Made by a program: the position numbers and the translations under genes | Source of the DNA: Octopus vulgaris | Taxonomy: Eukaryota | Length of the DNA stretch: 64,000 bases | NCBI GenBank assembly: GCA_951406725.2 | Contig: OX597814.1 | Coordinates: 215,512,001-215,576,000, forward strand | Reading direction: 5' to 3' | Shown here: positions 11,713-24,913 of the stretch, one piece after another | How positions within the stretch are numbered: position 1 is the stretch's first letter | Layout: each line of letters opens with the position of its first letter | Notes under the pieces: generated by a model | Seen by the model: only the letters and a program-made list of their open reading frames with translations | The model's database searches: none | What the model was told of the DNA's origin: nothing

Positions 11713-12599
11713 CGAGCGAGAGTCAAACATTATACGCACTCTTGTTCTTTCAATGTATTTGCACAAAAGCAAGGGATAAACAAGTCTTTCATTTTTCTAT
11801 ATATAGTCTCCTTCCTTTTCGATGCACTTTGTCCCGCGGGCCACAAATTGCGTATTCCCTCTAAGAAGATTTTCGATTGGTTGTCCAACCATTTATGCAC
11901 CACTCCCGTCACATCTTCCTGCATAGGAAATCGACGACCTCGTAAACTATCATTGAGCTGTCCAAAGATAGGATATTCGGAAGGGGCGAGATCTGGGCTA
12001 TAGGCAGGATGTCCCAGCACCTCAAAACTCAATTGGTTAATGGTTTTAACTGTCTGGGCGGCCGTGCATGGGTGTGCATTGTCATGCAACAACAAAACTT
12101 TCTGCAGCAATAAGCTTCAGCGTTTGATACGAATTACTGGCTTCAGTTTCTTGGCCAGCAAAGCACTGTATCTTGCACAATTGACCGTACACCCCTTTTC
12201 CTGGTTATTACCAGCATAGGCCCCTTTGAGTCCCCAAAAAGGGTTAGCATCACTTTTCCTGCAGAAGACTAAGTATTGAACTTTGTCGCTGGCGAGCCAG
12301 GATGTTTCCGTTCCATTCTCTTTCTTTTCGATTCTCATAATGAATTTCAGCACCTGACACACCTTCCGACCAGTGAAATCGATTCACTGCTCTTTGTTCT
12401 TCTGCTTTGGTTTACATTGTTAGTGGAGGGGCCATGTTTATACACTGTAAAGCCAGAAAGAAAAATGGCGCAATCAGGATCAAACTTCGATCACGTGACT
12501 ACGATAGTACCAACTATAAGCATGCATACGCAGAAGGTGGGGTAATAATAATGAAGATATGTTATGACGAAAGTGCGGATAATTTTTGATTTGCCCCCG
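11713..12599 (-). mobile_element. Internally deleted mariner transposon
   Basis: ORF 11730-12110 has LLHDNA and HPAYSPDLAPS; imperfect TIRs CGAGCGAGAGTCAAACATTATACGCACT / AGTGCGGATAATTTTTGATTTGCCCCCG. Confidence 0.85.
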
Positions 12600-13245
12600 T
12601 GTGTGTGTGTGTGTGTGTGTGTGTAATGATTGCAGCTATTGCCAGACATCGATCATCGAAAAGTTATAGAGCGAGACAATGGTATCGATATGTTCTCATA
12701 AGACGTTAAGAACAAGTTTAAAGATTATTTTTATTGATTTATTATGAGGACATCAAAGAGCCGAGCAGTTAGATTCATAGATCAGACATCACCACTCAGC
12801 AAGAAATATGCATTCTTGACAGTCACAGTTCAACCTACAAGAAATAGCAGCTAAATCTCCCTCAAATTATTTTCTAACATGTAACAGAGAGAAACATATA
12901 GAATAAGTCTAAAATATACAGGAACGTTATGGGTTAATCGTGAGTAATCTTCTTATTAGGCATAAAAAGAGTGTATCTAAAAGTAAAGAAAAAGTGCATC
13001 TGAGTGTCAGTAATATATCAAAGTATATTTAAAATGACAAAGAGAACAAGTTGGAATTGAAAATATATTGTATAAGGAATCATTTCTTACAACCGTTTTC
13101 TCGTGCTTTATTTTTTTTATTTATTGCCTTCATTTACATGAACCTGGCATTTTGCCACTTGCTAACAATAAGAGCAAATGTATCAGGATGGGTGATTAAT
13201 GATCTGTATATAGTTTTATGTAGGCTTCATACAAACATATGTGTA

Positions 13246-13428
<183 letters not shown>

Positions 13429-13490
13429 AAACATACTTATACAGAAACATGCATATGTGTATGATATATATATATATATATATATATGTA

Positions 13491-13600
13491 GGCACAGGAG
13501 TGGCTGTGTGGTGAGTAGTTTGCTTACCAACCACATGGTTCCGGGTTCAATCCCAATGCGTGGTTCGTTGGGTAAGTGTCTTCTACTGTAACCTCGGACC
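13491..13600 (+). mobile_element. SINE family C, 5' fragment
   Basis: GGCACAGGAGTGGCTGTGTGG...GGTTCAATCCC...TTGGGTAAGTGTCTT. Confidence 0.8.
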
Positions 13601-14061
13601 AAGCAATAAACAATCTCTGAGCGAGATATAAACCGTAGCAACACGACATCGTGAAGTATATTTGTCACCTAAATGTGGCTGACCCACATGGTACGATGCT
13701 ACTGTAGTTTATAGCCCCAGGAAGGCATCTCCTCCAGCTGGCTAATGACACACTGTCTGTGCCCTATCAGTATTTGCAAAGAGAAATCATCGTTCTCATC
13801 TTTAGCCTGATGTGACACATACGGTCCCGGGTTTTCTAGGTAGTAACCCCTTCAACAGCGTGTGACAATCACCGGCTAGGGATGAGTGGTGATATTTCCA
13901 ATGCAAATATATATGTTTTTTTCCATTTGTCGTCTTGGTGTTAAAATATCGCGGTAGGGACCGCTTGAACAGACAGTCATGTTAAATTGGCTACGAATAT
14001 TACTTGCCAGTGCAACTACTGAGCTGATCTCTCAGAGAGATTTTAGAACTAGCATTTTTGC

Positions 14062-14171
<110 letters not shown>

Positions 14172-15040
14172 GCTGAGGCAATTTGATAGACACCGATATG
14201 TGTGTCTGTATACGTGACAAAGCATATTAATTTTTTTCTAAGCTTCATAGGAGTTTCAAAGACTGGTTAGTAGATCGAGTTTCATAGTGTTTTAACAGAT
14301 TAGTAATAAATTTTATTCTAATCGAAGGATAGTCTATGACAAATAACATTTCTAGGTCATCTAATATATATTCGCGACAGTTTAAGACTACGGTAATAGG
14401 AAATAATGTGTTCAGCAAGACGAAGCATTAGTTGTAAATTTACACTCACGTATGTAAATATATGTCTACGCAAATACATAGTGAAAGGAGGAGAGACTAA
14501 TTTTATATATATATATATATAAACACACCCGTGTATATATACACCCGTGTATATATACACCCTCATAAATTCATACATATATGTTGACACATGCATACAC
14601 TTATATGGCTATTATGAGGAATAAGTCTTATTATCGTTCGAATTAGTTGTGGGAAGAGTAGGATAGTAAAAACGAACAATGAATTTAGCATGGAAAATGC
14701 TTAGAGAAGAGGAAAATAATGTTTAGAGAAAAGGAAAGTAAGTTTAAACAAACGAATGTAGCTCGTGTCTTCTGTGAAGAGCAGATCTCGAAAGACAAAA
14801 AAAATCATTTTTAATCTTTGTTTATTGTACGAACAATTATCACATGAAATATGGCTATTTTTATTGTTTAACCCCCAAACCAAAACTGATTGTGAGAGAT
14901 ATTGTACATAGATATTAAGCCAAAGAACGTATAACAATCTACAAAAACCAAGCTTTGTCTAAACTATAATGGCTTTTCTACTACAACGAATTTTCTGTCG
15001 TCAGATAAGCGCTTTAACCGTGACCCTGTCGTTAATCTTT

Positions 15041-15199
15041 TATCTTTTAGTTGTTTCAGTCATTTGGCTGTGGCCATGGCGGGGGTACCCCATCTTGAAG
15101 AGTTTTCGTCGAACAAATCGACCCTAGGAATTATTCCATTTGTCTCATTAGCCGAACCGCTGAGTTATGGGACGTAAACACACCAACACCGGTTGTCAA
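15041..15199 (-). mobile_element. SINE family C, 3' fragment
   Basis: TTGTTTCAGTCATTTG...GCCGAACCGCT...CGGTTGTCAA match the other copies. Confidence 0.7.
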
Positions 15200-15244
<45 letters not shown>

Positions 15245-15320
15245 TACACATATATGTGTATATGTGTGTATGTATGTTTGTATGGATATACATACATACA
15301 TACATACATATATACATATA

Positions 15321-15384
<64 letters not shown>

Positions 15385-16290
15385 ACTGGGTTAGTTATCC
15401 AGCATATTCCATTTGTTTTGTTTTTAAGACAGTATGGCAACATTTGAGGGAGATGTAGTTGATCGACCTTGTGGAGTCTTAGTCGCTGAATCTCTTTAAA
15501 TTTAGTGTAAGGTAATGCTGCAGATAGAAATGTATTTCATAACGATAGTTGACAGGTTAAAGTGCTTGAGGTGAGGTTCTCACTCGCTTTAACTGCGACT
15601 TTTATTGAGAAGATATTTAGCGTAAAGAACGAGAAAGCCAACTGTCAGTCTCAGCAACGTGTTTGTTAAATAAATGCTTACAAGGGTTACAATAGATGAT
15701 ATGAAAGAAATACTATAGAATAGATAGCAATTTGTAAGATCATAAAACGTACTATTTATCTCTAAGGTGTATTACAATGAAAAGTTGAGAGTTAGCTATC
15801 AGTGGCAGATAATGTGCTTCTAGTACTAGACCATACAGAGTTTTAACGTTCTTAAACGAAAATGATTTTTGGAGGTTAAAGACGAGCCTCTGTAGAATTC
15901 CCGACTACATAATTCCACATAAGACGTATATGTTTGTATTCTGTTTTTAAATCCACACAGATTTTCGAATGCTTAAATTCATTTCGTTTTTTTTTTTTCT
16001 CGTTTACGTTGTGTTATGCACAGATGCTTTTTAATAACGAACCGCAAAGAATGCTTTCTATGTAACTGATCAATTGATTCAAGAACGACTTCAAGGAGCG
16101 GTCAGCAAAGCGCTAAACTGTGCGTCAGGAGACTCCCACTTGCTTTTCCTTGTACATCAAGATTATGGAAAGAATACCTTTACCTTCTTGTTGAATCTTA
16201 TTCACAGTGCAGCTTATATATATATGTGTGTGTGTGTATATAAAGAACGATGGTCCATCAGCATGGCTGTAGCTCTGAGCTGAAACTACA

Positions 16291-16359
<69 letters not shown>

Positions 16360-16361
<2 letters not shown>

Positions 16362-16536
16362 GGAGTAAACACATAAATGTGAAACAAGGTGGAAAAAGGA
16401 GTACTCAAATACCAGTGGTAGAGTAATATGCTTTATTTAAAGCAGCAGAAACTTCAACAAAACATGTTACTCTGAGTTTCCCGTTGCCGTTCACCCGATG
16501 AACGGCAACGGGAAACTCAGAGTAACAGGTTTTGTT
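16360..16536. mobile_element. Penelope-type terminal fragment with a 38-bp fold-back hairpin containing a hammerhead-like motif
   Basis: Arms 16456-16493 and 16499-16536 (one mismatch); CCGATGA ACG-GCAA-CGG GAAA CTCAGAG TA ACAG. Confidence 0.65.
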
Positions 16537-16537
16537 A

Positions 16538-17485
16538 CCTCAGTTTTAAAATAATCTCCTTCGAAATAGCCACCTTGTGCAGCAGCGTATTGATCCCACT
16601 TTTGGAATCGTTTTCCGTAAGCGAGTCGAGGTCCTTCTGCAATTCGTTCTTGATCTCGACACCGGTATTAAAACGGTAACCTTTTAGCTGCATTTTCATC
16701 TTGGAGAAGCGATGGAAGTCTGCAGGTGTTCAATCCTGCGAATAGGGCGAGTGCGGAGGCGATACCATGTTGCATTTGATAAGAAACTGACGAGTGAGTA
16801 GGGTTCGTTGACAGGATGCATTGTAGCCGTAAAGGAATCAGTCGTTAGGATTGCCAGCATGGACCCATACAACCGACCAGTAATCTCAGTAAGTTGTTGA
16901 TTGTCCTCTGACGATCGTCATGCACAAGCTGATGAATTTTCTTGTAGGAGTGGCTGTGTGGTAAGTAGCTTGCTTACCAACCACATGGTTCCGGGTTCAG
17001 TCCAAACTGCGTGGCACCTTGAGCAAGTGTCTTCTACTATAGCCTCGGGCCGACCGAAGCCTTGTGAGTGGATTTGGTAGACGGAAACTGAAAGAAGCCC
17101 GTCGTATATATGTATATATATATATGTATGTGTGTGTGTGTGTATGTATGTATGTATCTGTGTATTTGTTTGTGTGTCTGTGTTTCTCCCTCCAACATTG
17201 CTTGACAACCGATGCTGGTGTGTTTACGTCCCCGTAACTTAGCGGTTCGGCAAAAGATACCGATAGAATAAGCACTAGGCTTACAAAGAATAAGTCCTGG
17301 GGTCGATTTGCTCGACTAAATGCGGTGCTCTAGCATGGCCGCAGTCAAATGATTGAAACACGTAAAAGACATTACCAGGGATGACGCTAGTGGCAAGACT
17401 TCCAGATCGCTCATCGTCTTCTAGGGATCCTCTGAAAACAGTCTGATATTATCTGAACTATAGTTGGCCACAACGTGCAATCTGC
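16538..17485 (-). mobile_element. Decayed, internally deleted mariner interrupted by a SINE
   Basis: Minus-strand translation: SLEDDERSG..GNV | KIHQLVHDDRQRTI ... HSPYSQD*TPADF..KMKMQLKG..AQGGYFEGD. Confidence 0.75.
16944..17369 (+). mobile_element. SINE family C (tRNA head, CORE-like box, internal microsatellite, GTAAAAGA tail)
   Basis: A box TGGCTGTGTGG, B box GGTTCAGTCC, ACCTTGAGCAAGTGTCTT; near-identical to 18052, 48563, 51258 and 55815. Confidence 0.9.
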
Positions 17486-18051
17486 CGGTAATATATATAT
17501 ATATATTTTTTTTTTGGTTAACATTAACTTCTTGGTAGATCCCTTGGAGGCAAAACTAGTAATAATCATTCTTTTAAATTATTATTCTCGAAACAGTTTT
17601 GCTTCTTGCAATTCTAAACCCCTCTGAGAGCTGTTGCAAAATGTTTTTTTTTTTTTTTTTTTTCCTAAAGAATAAAGATTTCAGCGTTTTGGCTGCCAGA
17701 TCTTTTTCTTCGCGGGAAAACCAGTTTTCTGGAAGCGTTAAAAAATCTATTCTTTTCATAATGGACAGTAGAATGGGAATTTTTCGTGGATTCCAGAATA
17801 CGATACCTTATTTTTTCGAAGAATAGTAATTGTATATTCAGTTTCCACTTTAGTGTGGGATTTCTTTTTCTTTGAAGACCTATCTAACAAAAAAAAAAAA
17901 AAGAAAGAAAAGATGTAGGTTTAATCTAGCGATCCAAGTTGTGATTGAATAAATTTACGTACAACATTTCATTTAGACATTAAAATAAACTTGTACTTTT
18001 CTATTTAAAAGAATCCTAAACGTGTAAATTTCTTGACATTTAAATACTATA

Positions 18052-18454
18052 CTCTCTCTTTTACTCTTTACTCTTTTACTTGTTTCAGTCATTTGACTGC
18101 GGCCATGCTGGAGCACCGCCTTTAATCGAGCAACTCGACACCGGGACTTATTCTTTTGTAAGCCCAGTACTTATTCTATCGGTCTCTTTTGCCGAACCGC
18201 TAAGTAACGGGGACATAAACACACCAGCATCAGTTGTCAAGCAATGCTAGGGGGACAAACACACAAACACACACACGCATATATATACATATATACGACG
18301 GGCTTCTTTCAGTTTCCGTCTACCAAATCCACTCACAAGGCTTTGGTCGGCCCGAGGCTATAGTAGAAGACACTTGCCCAAGGTGCCACACAGTGGGAAT
18401 GAACCCGGAACCATGTGGTTGGTAAACAAGCTACTTACCACACAGCCACTCCTG
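18052..18454 (-). mobile_element. SINE family C
   Basis: Near full-length reverse-complement copy. Confidence 0.9.
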
Positions 18455-19648
18455 ATGCAAACTTTCTTCATAAAAGACAGCTGAATGCCAACCTATCGCC
18501 AATTTTCTAAACGTATAATGTTAATCTATTGTCTTAGCAAAGGTATTGTTCGTTAAGGATAAAGGGAAAAACTGAAAAATTTCAGAGTTTTCTTTTATTC
18601 TGTATTCAACTTTTTAAAACATATTTTTCTCGGGAAAAATGTTATTAAGAATGTAAAGAGTAAAGGAAGAATAACAGCGTTTGGGGTAATGATGTTACTT
18701 AAATTGCAATATATACCTTAACGCGCTGAACTTGCAAAAGTGCTTGGCAAATATTTTGCCCGTGCAGGGCTATATTTATTGCAGAACTCTGCTGAAAGAG
18801 TTAGCAGTTGGACTCGTACATTGTATGGATCTAACTGCTGACAATTTTAAGGGCAGATTCTTGCAATATTTCTACAGATGTAAGACAAGGAGCAGAGGAA
18901 AGAAATTCAACATCTGCTACAGATCAGGAACTCAAAGACCAGATAATGGCATGCACGTACACCCGCTTCCTAATATACGATACCGTTAACAGGCTCTAGC
19001 CATATTTTAACAAGTACAGATCTGTAGAGTTTGTCCGACGTTTCATTTAGGCAAAATCAATCAGAGCAACTTGCATTATCTTTTCACCGAAGTTTAATTG
19101 CCACCAACGATGGAGATTACTTAACTAAAACTTGCATTCTTCATACGATTTTCATACCCATCGGATTTTCTATTCCTAATCGTTTTAGCTAAATCTTACC
19201 AATAAAGTATATGGCCTGGCACACGAAAACTCTCTCGACCGCACACAGTTGTACAAGAGCAGTGGTTTTGCAGGCCGCAACGAGTCTGATCACTTAACCA
19301 GTCTTATGCACTAAGAACCACTCTGTAGACATCACTTTCCGCCGTTGTCTTTCACATCTACATTATCAGTTGTAGAATTCCGGATATCAATTTAATTTGT
19401 GTACCTGTGAGAAACACTGAAAGGTAGTGTAGTTCACCAATTACTCTTTTCATAATATATGCAAGTTCCACATATGGTGAGTTCTATTTACTTTTGTTTC
19501 TAATTAAATACATTACATCGATGAACTGCACAGAGCAAACGAAAGAAGTGTGTTCATTACGTGTTGTGGAAAATATGACTTATGAAAACTCGAGTCGCGG
19601 GATAAAGAGTATACACACATATGTGTGTGTGGGCGTGTGTGTAAATAG

Positions 19649-19739
<91 letters not shown>

Positions 19740-20370
19740 GATCAAACACCACGCATTCATTTCCAAGTAAGTTTTATCTTAATAATCCCAATGCGCACTC
19801 TACAGCTATCGCTATTCTATCTCCCTCTCTTGTTCTCCTTCCTTTCTGTTTTCCCCTCCCACCCTTTCTCTAATTCTCGTTCTCTCCCCTTCCCCGTTCT
19901 CTTTCTCTCCTCCTCTCTCCCTCACTCTTCCACTTTGACTTTTACTCACACGTGACCAACGGCTATCTTTCTTTCCATTTCCTTACAAATGACAAGACCT
20001 GCTTTTGTCTGTCTCTTGTCAAAGCTCATTTCCCCAGCGTTCACCACTTCATCTTGTTATAACAGCTCTTACCGTTTGTTTATACTGATTTGTTCTCACT
20101 GTCCTGTTTTGATACCACTTTAACTCCCCTCAAATCCTAAATCTTTTGCGGGATGACTGCTTTAACGAAGTCGCGTCTTGTCCCTACGCTCGAAACTCAG
20201 AGTAGATAAAACAAGGAACAACTTATGGAGGGAATGTTCTTAATGTTGCCTGTCTCGTTTCTCTTTCTGTTTCTTTCGTTGTTCGAAAAAATGTTCGTTT
20301 TCCACGTTTTCGTTTTTTTATGTTCTCGTTTCTCATTTTGTTTACGTTTTTCTGACGCCCTGTACCCATA
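19740..20370 (+). mobile_element. Probable Penelope-type non-coding 3' remnant with a defective hammerhead
   Basis: Pyrimidine-rich tract, then TTGTC CCTACGCTC GAAACTCAGAGTA GATAA (same stem III as 16512 and 28711, core missing); boundaries uncertain. Confidence 0.4.
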
Positions 20371-20673
20371 TATGCATGTATGTATACATATATATGTAGG
20401 TATGTACGTATATGCATGTATATATGCATATATATAGTTTATATTATATATATGTATGCTTATATATAAATGGATATGTATATGTATATATGTATATATA
20501 TATACATATATATATGTATATATATATATATATATATTTGTATGTATGTATATATATGTATATAAACATGCCTATCTATATATGTATATATATATATATG
20601 TATATGTATATATAAATATGTATATATATGTATATATGTATGTATATATATATATATATATATGTATATATAA

Positions 20674-20725
<52 letters not shown>

Positions 20726-21414
20726 GAGATATTGTAAATTTTCTGTAAATATATGCCAATCATAAAATACCAGCTTCAGAAATTTCTAATATATTCGATG
20801 CAAATATCGTATAGGGATTACTCTTACGTTGTCAGTGTCAGTGGGAAAATAACAGCTTAGCCACGTAACGACAGAAAGTTATGGCTTCATTTCAGAAAAT
20901 ACGTCTGTTATCAGAAGCTGGGTATTCTTCAGTGTTCAGTAAATCTGTTAGCATACTCACTCACACACTCACAATTATATAAAAACAAAAGTTACGTATT
21001 AGTGTGATATTCTGAAAAAAAAAATAGCTGTATCGCTTCGTGTATAATTTTAAACGAGAATTTGGCTTCTCTTATTTTGTGATTAGTTACACTTCTTACT
21101 TTTGGATGCATTCGTGTGTGTCGTTGTGTGTGTGTGTGTGTGTTTGTTCATTTGGGTTTATAAAGATATATGTGTGCACAAAAGTTAAAACTTTTACAGC
21201 ACATGTACACATACATACACGCAAACACACGCACACCTACATATAGATATAGATAGACAGACAGACAGATACATACATGCATGTAGGCATAGCACATACA
21301 CAACACACATACAGACACATATATATGCAGTATGTATATATATAAATACACATACATACATATATATATACATACATATACATACATACATACCCATAAT
21401 ACATATATATATGC

Positions 21415-21472
<58 letters not shown>

Positions 21473-21580
21473 GTGATTGTGTCCGTATATATATATATAT
21501 ATATATATATATCATAGTGTGTTACATACTTTTGATACTGTGGGTGTGCGCATGTATTTTTTATATCCTTCCTTCCAATT

Positions 21581-21764
21581 GGTTTCAAATTTTGGCACAA
21601 CACCAGCATTTTTGGAGTAGAGAGTAAGGCGATTACATCCACTCCAGTGTTTAGCTTGCACTTACTTTATCGACCCCCAAAAGATGATAGATAAAGTCGA
21701 CCTCATCCGAATTTGGTGCTAAGCTTTATGATGGGCGTGGTAAAGATTCTGCCAGGTTGCCGTC
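21581..21764 (-). mobile_element. SINE family B (diverged)
   Basis: TTTATCGACCCC..AAAGTCGACCTC..GATTCTGCCAG match the family B reverse complement. Confidence 0.65.
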
Positions 21765-22399
21765 TTATCTTGCATTTATAATTTACGACACTTTTTTTTG
21801 GTTGTCGTATGAAGTCTTTGTAAAAATATCCATTATCAACTCATTGCCGAAGGTAAAACTAACTTTGATGAAAATATCATTGTTAATAAATAACTCCTGA
21901 GATATTATTAATTTTATAAAACAATCAGACATATGGCGTTACAGGTGGTAATGTGTTTCATTCTTATTTCAGTGAAAATAATCTATTTTATGAAGTGTTT
22001 TGTTGTTAACTCTACTAGTCCTCCTTTCCTTCTATTGCATTTATTTGTTAGTAATCAGTTGCATTCTTAAGTATTCTTTAATTGAAAGGCATATCTAAAA
22101 TTCCATCTTATATTTACTGATTTCCATATCAGTAAAACAATGTGCTTCTTAAGTAGTTGTGTCCATTATTGACGCTTGAATTAAAATCATTTATTATACA
22201 ACTTCTCTTCTTACTCTTTTCTCTTTACAAGTAGATAACATTCTATATGTTAACATCATGGCAGCACGGTTGTATATTCTCTTGCATGTTTACCTCAGAA
22301 GAATGCAATCACTTTTAAAGTCAGTTCTGTAGGCTTTCATTGCAGGGTTCTAGCTCTCGATCCATCATTTATTCTTCATAATGTACCATCTAAATTTAC

Positions 22400-22625
22400 A
22401 CAGTTGAGGCGTGTGAACGGGGGCGTCACTAAGTAGTCACTCAGCCTGTTAGAAATAGCAACCAAATCTCTCTGAATCAACATCCTTCCCTTTTCAAGAG
22501 AAGACACTTTGGATAATTTAGGTAGACTATAATTGAAAAAAGAAAAGACTGGATTATCATAATTGGAACGCATTTGATTGATCTGCTCAGTCAAAGTTGA
22601 CACGAGGCTAAACATTAAAATCAGC
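22400..22625 (+). repeat. Ancient dispersed repeat; related pieces at ~12750-13050, 29225-29420 (-) and 57950-58265
   Basis: Shared AGAAATAGCA(G/A)C(T/C)AAATCTC motif and similar 3' ends (..TGAC..G(G)(C/T)TAAACA); unclassified. Confidence 0.45.
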
Positions 22626-22828
22626 AACTAATTAAGCTAATCATTGATCGATTAGGTCGCCGATTTGCTAGAAATTGCAAACATATATCCTTCAAATCAT
22701 TGTCCCTGCATGTATATGTTGCGCGCACGTGCGTGTCTGCCTGTGTGTTTGCGTGTGTATGTGTGTGCATATGTGAGTGAGTGCGTGTGCGTGTGTATAT
22801 ATCTGCATAAGATATACCAATTTACGAG

Positions 22829-23040
22829 GGCGGCGAGCTGGCAGACACGTTAGCGCGCCGGGCGAAATGCTTAGCGGTATTTCGTCTGCCGTTACGTTCT
22901 GGGTTCAAATTCCGCCGAGGTCAACTTTGCCTTTCATCCTTTCGGGGTCGATAAATAAAGTACCAGTTATGCACTGGTGTCGATGTAATCGACTTAATCC
23001 CTTTGTCTGTCCTTTTTTGTCCCCTCTATGTTTAGCCCTT
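22829..23040 (+). mobile_element. SINE family B (young)
   Basis: GGCGGCGAGCTGGCAGA...GGTTCAAATTCC...GCCTTTCATCCTTTCGGGGTCGATAAA; the central motif resembles the Meta/MESC SINE core as I recall it. Confidence 0.85.
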
Positions 23041-23061
23041 TAGGACCATTTTACAGGTCCT

Positions 23062-23340
23062 TCAAAACATTTGATATATGCCACCAAATACAATGGATAC
23101 AGAGAAGAGTATTTGGGGAAAACTAAACTCACTTAAAGAATGAAATTAACAATTCATCGTCATCAAGTGCGAGATCGCGGGACCAGATAAATTTCACTAG
23201 GTGAATATCTGAACACATGTACGAAAACCAAGTCTCCAAAATTTCTTGTCTTCCCACTCTATCAATGTGCAGACAATACCACAGATCAAAGAATAATAAG
23301 TAAAGGAAATACAAGCTACGGCTGAACAGGATATTAAGAC
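23062..23340 (+). pseudogene. Penelope-like element GIY-YIG endonuclease remnant
   Basis: Manual translation SKHLIYATKYNGYREEYLGKTKLT*RMKLTIHRHQVRD...KFLVFPLYQC...YKLRLN fits the PLE pattern 'LIY.I.C..C...YIG.T...R...H' and the terminal 'P.LN'. Confidence 0.7.
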
Positions 23341-23786
23341 ATCAGTAATACATGATTCGACTTTCTCTATGAATTAATTATTGTAGAAATAGACTATGCA
23401 TGTCTATTCCTGCCCGTCCTTAAGAAAACCAACTTTCATGTAACAGTTACAATCAGACTTTTTTACTCTACACCTCGTTATCTTACTTCACACACTTGTT
23501 AACAAAGAAGGAGTATGTTTTAACATGTTCTATAGGAGTGAACAAGCAGTAATTGATAACATTAGTCTTTGGCAGAATAATAAACAATAACTAACTATAA
23601 ATTTTATGTAAACAATTATATTTTTCAGTTGAAGTCAAGTTTCAGTCTTTATTGCCCCTGACGTAAGACTTTTTAACTCTTATTTCCAGCAATATAGCTG
23701 CTTCGATAGACCCAGTCACAATTAGTAAAGATTAAAGTTTTCGTTTTTGGTTTTATATTGCGCCTAGCTGTTTATATTAATTTATT

Positions 23787-23912
<126 letters not shown>

Positions 23913-24913
23913 CATATGTATATATGTATGTATGTGTACATGCACACACACACACACAGAGTCGCGTATATATAATAAACGTGAATTTCACTGAAGATAG
24001 GAAGGTATCTCAAATATATTTGTTGAAGCCTCGATCATCAAATTCCACTGAATCTTTTGACAAATCTCTATGGTTTCGTTTTCAATTAATTTGATTATTG
24101 TGTGATTCTGAAATAATTTTTTTGAATTTTTGACATCTAGAACTTCTTTTTATTTTACAACCAGCAGCAGAGGTTTATTGATGTATTTCTTTCCTGCAGA
24201 ATTAGTCACATGGTCGTGTATGGATTCATTTCAGTAGCTACACAATTGCTGCATAATATAAGCCAATAAAATTTGCATTACTTTTTTCACAGCAACAGAA
24301 TATATCGCACTTCAATTTGTTATTTCGAGCACGATATTATTGACAAGTATTTATTTCAGGATTATTATAAAATTTAATACTCTTTTACAGCAAGTCCTAA
24401 ATAGTTTAGATAGAGGTTATGTTACTAGTTTATCTCAGAAGATTTTTAAGCCATGTATCAACACTTGGTTAATGTGGCACTTATCCAGTTATGACTCACA
24501 ACCTTGTATCCTATCGAAGTCGGCTGCTGCAGTTTTCCATCAAAGTCGGCGCACTATTTCCTGCAGAAGATTGGTGTGGAACCCACACTGCTCTAGAAAA
24601 CCAACAAGCCCAAGATCATTCTGGTTGGCAGGAGACCACAGAGGGAACTCTTCTGCAGGGGAAGTTTAATTTCGTTCTCCCCACCCAACTTGGGTGAAGA
24701 GTACAGGCTAAGAGGTAAAATGCTAGTGACATTGAGATACCGGCTGAAGATGCAAAATGGTGTCTTACATTGCGATAGCTTTAATCACTCATCAAGAACT
24801 TGCAATATCTTTAAGTAGTTCCCACAGTTTCTGCATGTGACAAAGCAGTTTTTTATATTTATTTTACCTGACAAACTTCAACTTACCATGTAACGGGTAA
24901 TGTGAGAAGTGGA

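Noticed and set aside
14766-14797. TGTCTTCTGTGAAGAGCAGATCTCGAAAGACA, hammerhead-like
   Set aside because: The core is one base short and there is no stem III or cleavage triplet; too degenerate to call.
16918-17275. Recurrent peptide [21 protein letters not shown] in many ORFs, suggesting a gene family
   Set aside because: It is the antisense translation of SINE family C.
18480-19330. Possible decayed hAT transposon remnant
   Set aside because: Only vague terminal-like motifs; no TIR pair or clear transposase motif.
24340-24780. More GC-balanced stretch with a 109-aa ORF, possible exon
   Set aside because: No recognisable domain or convincing splice pattern; needs BLASTx or RNA-seq.
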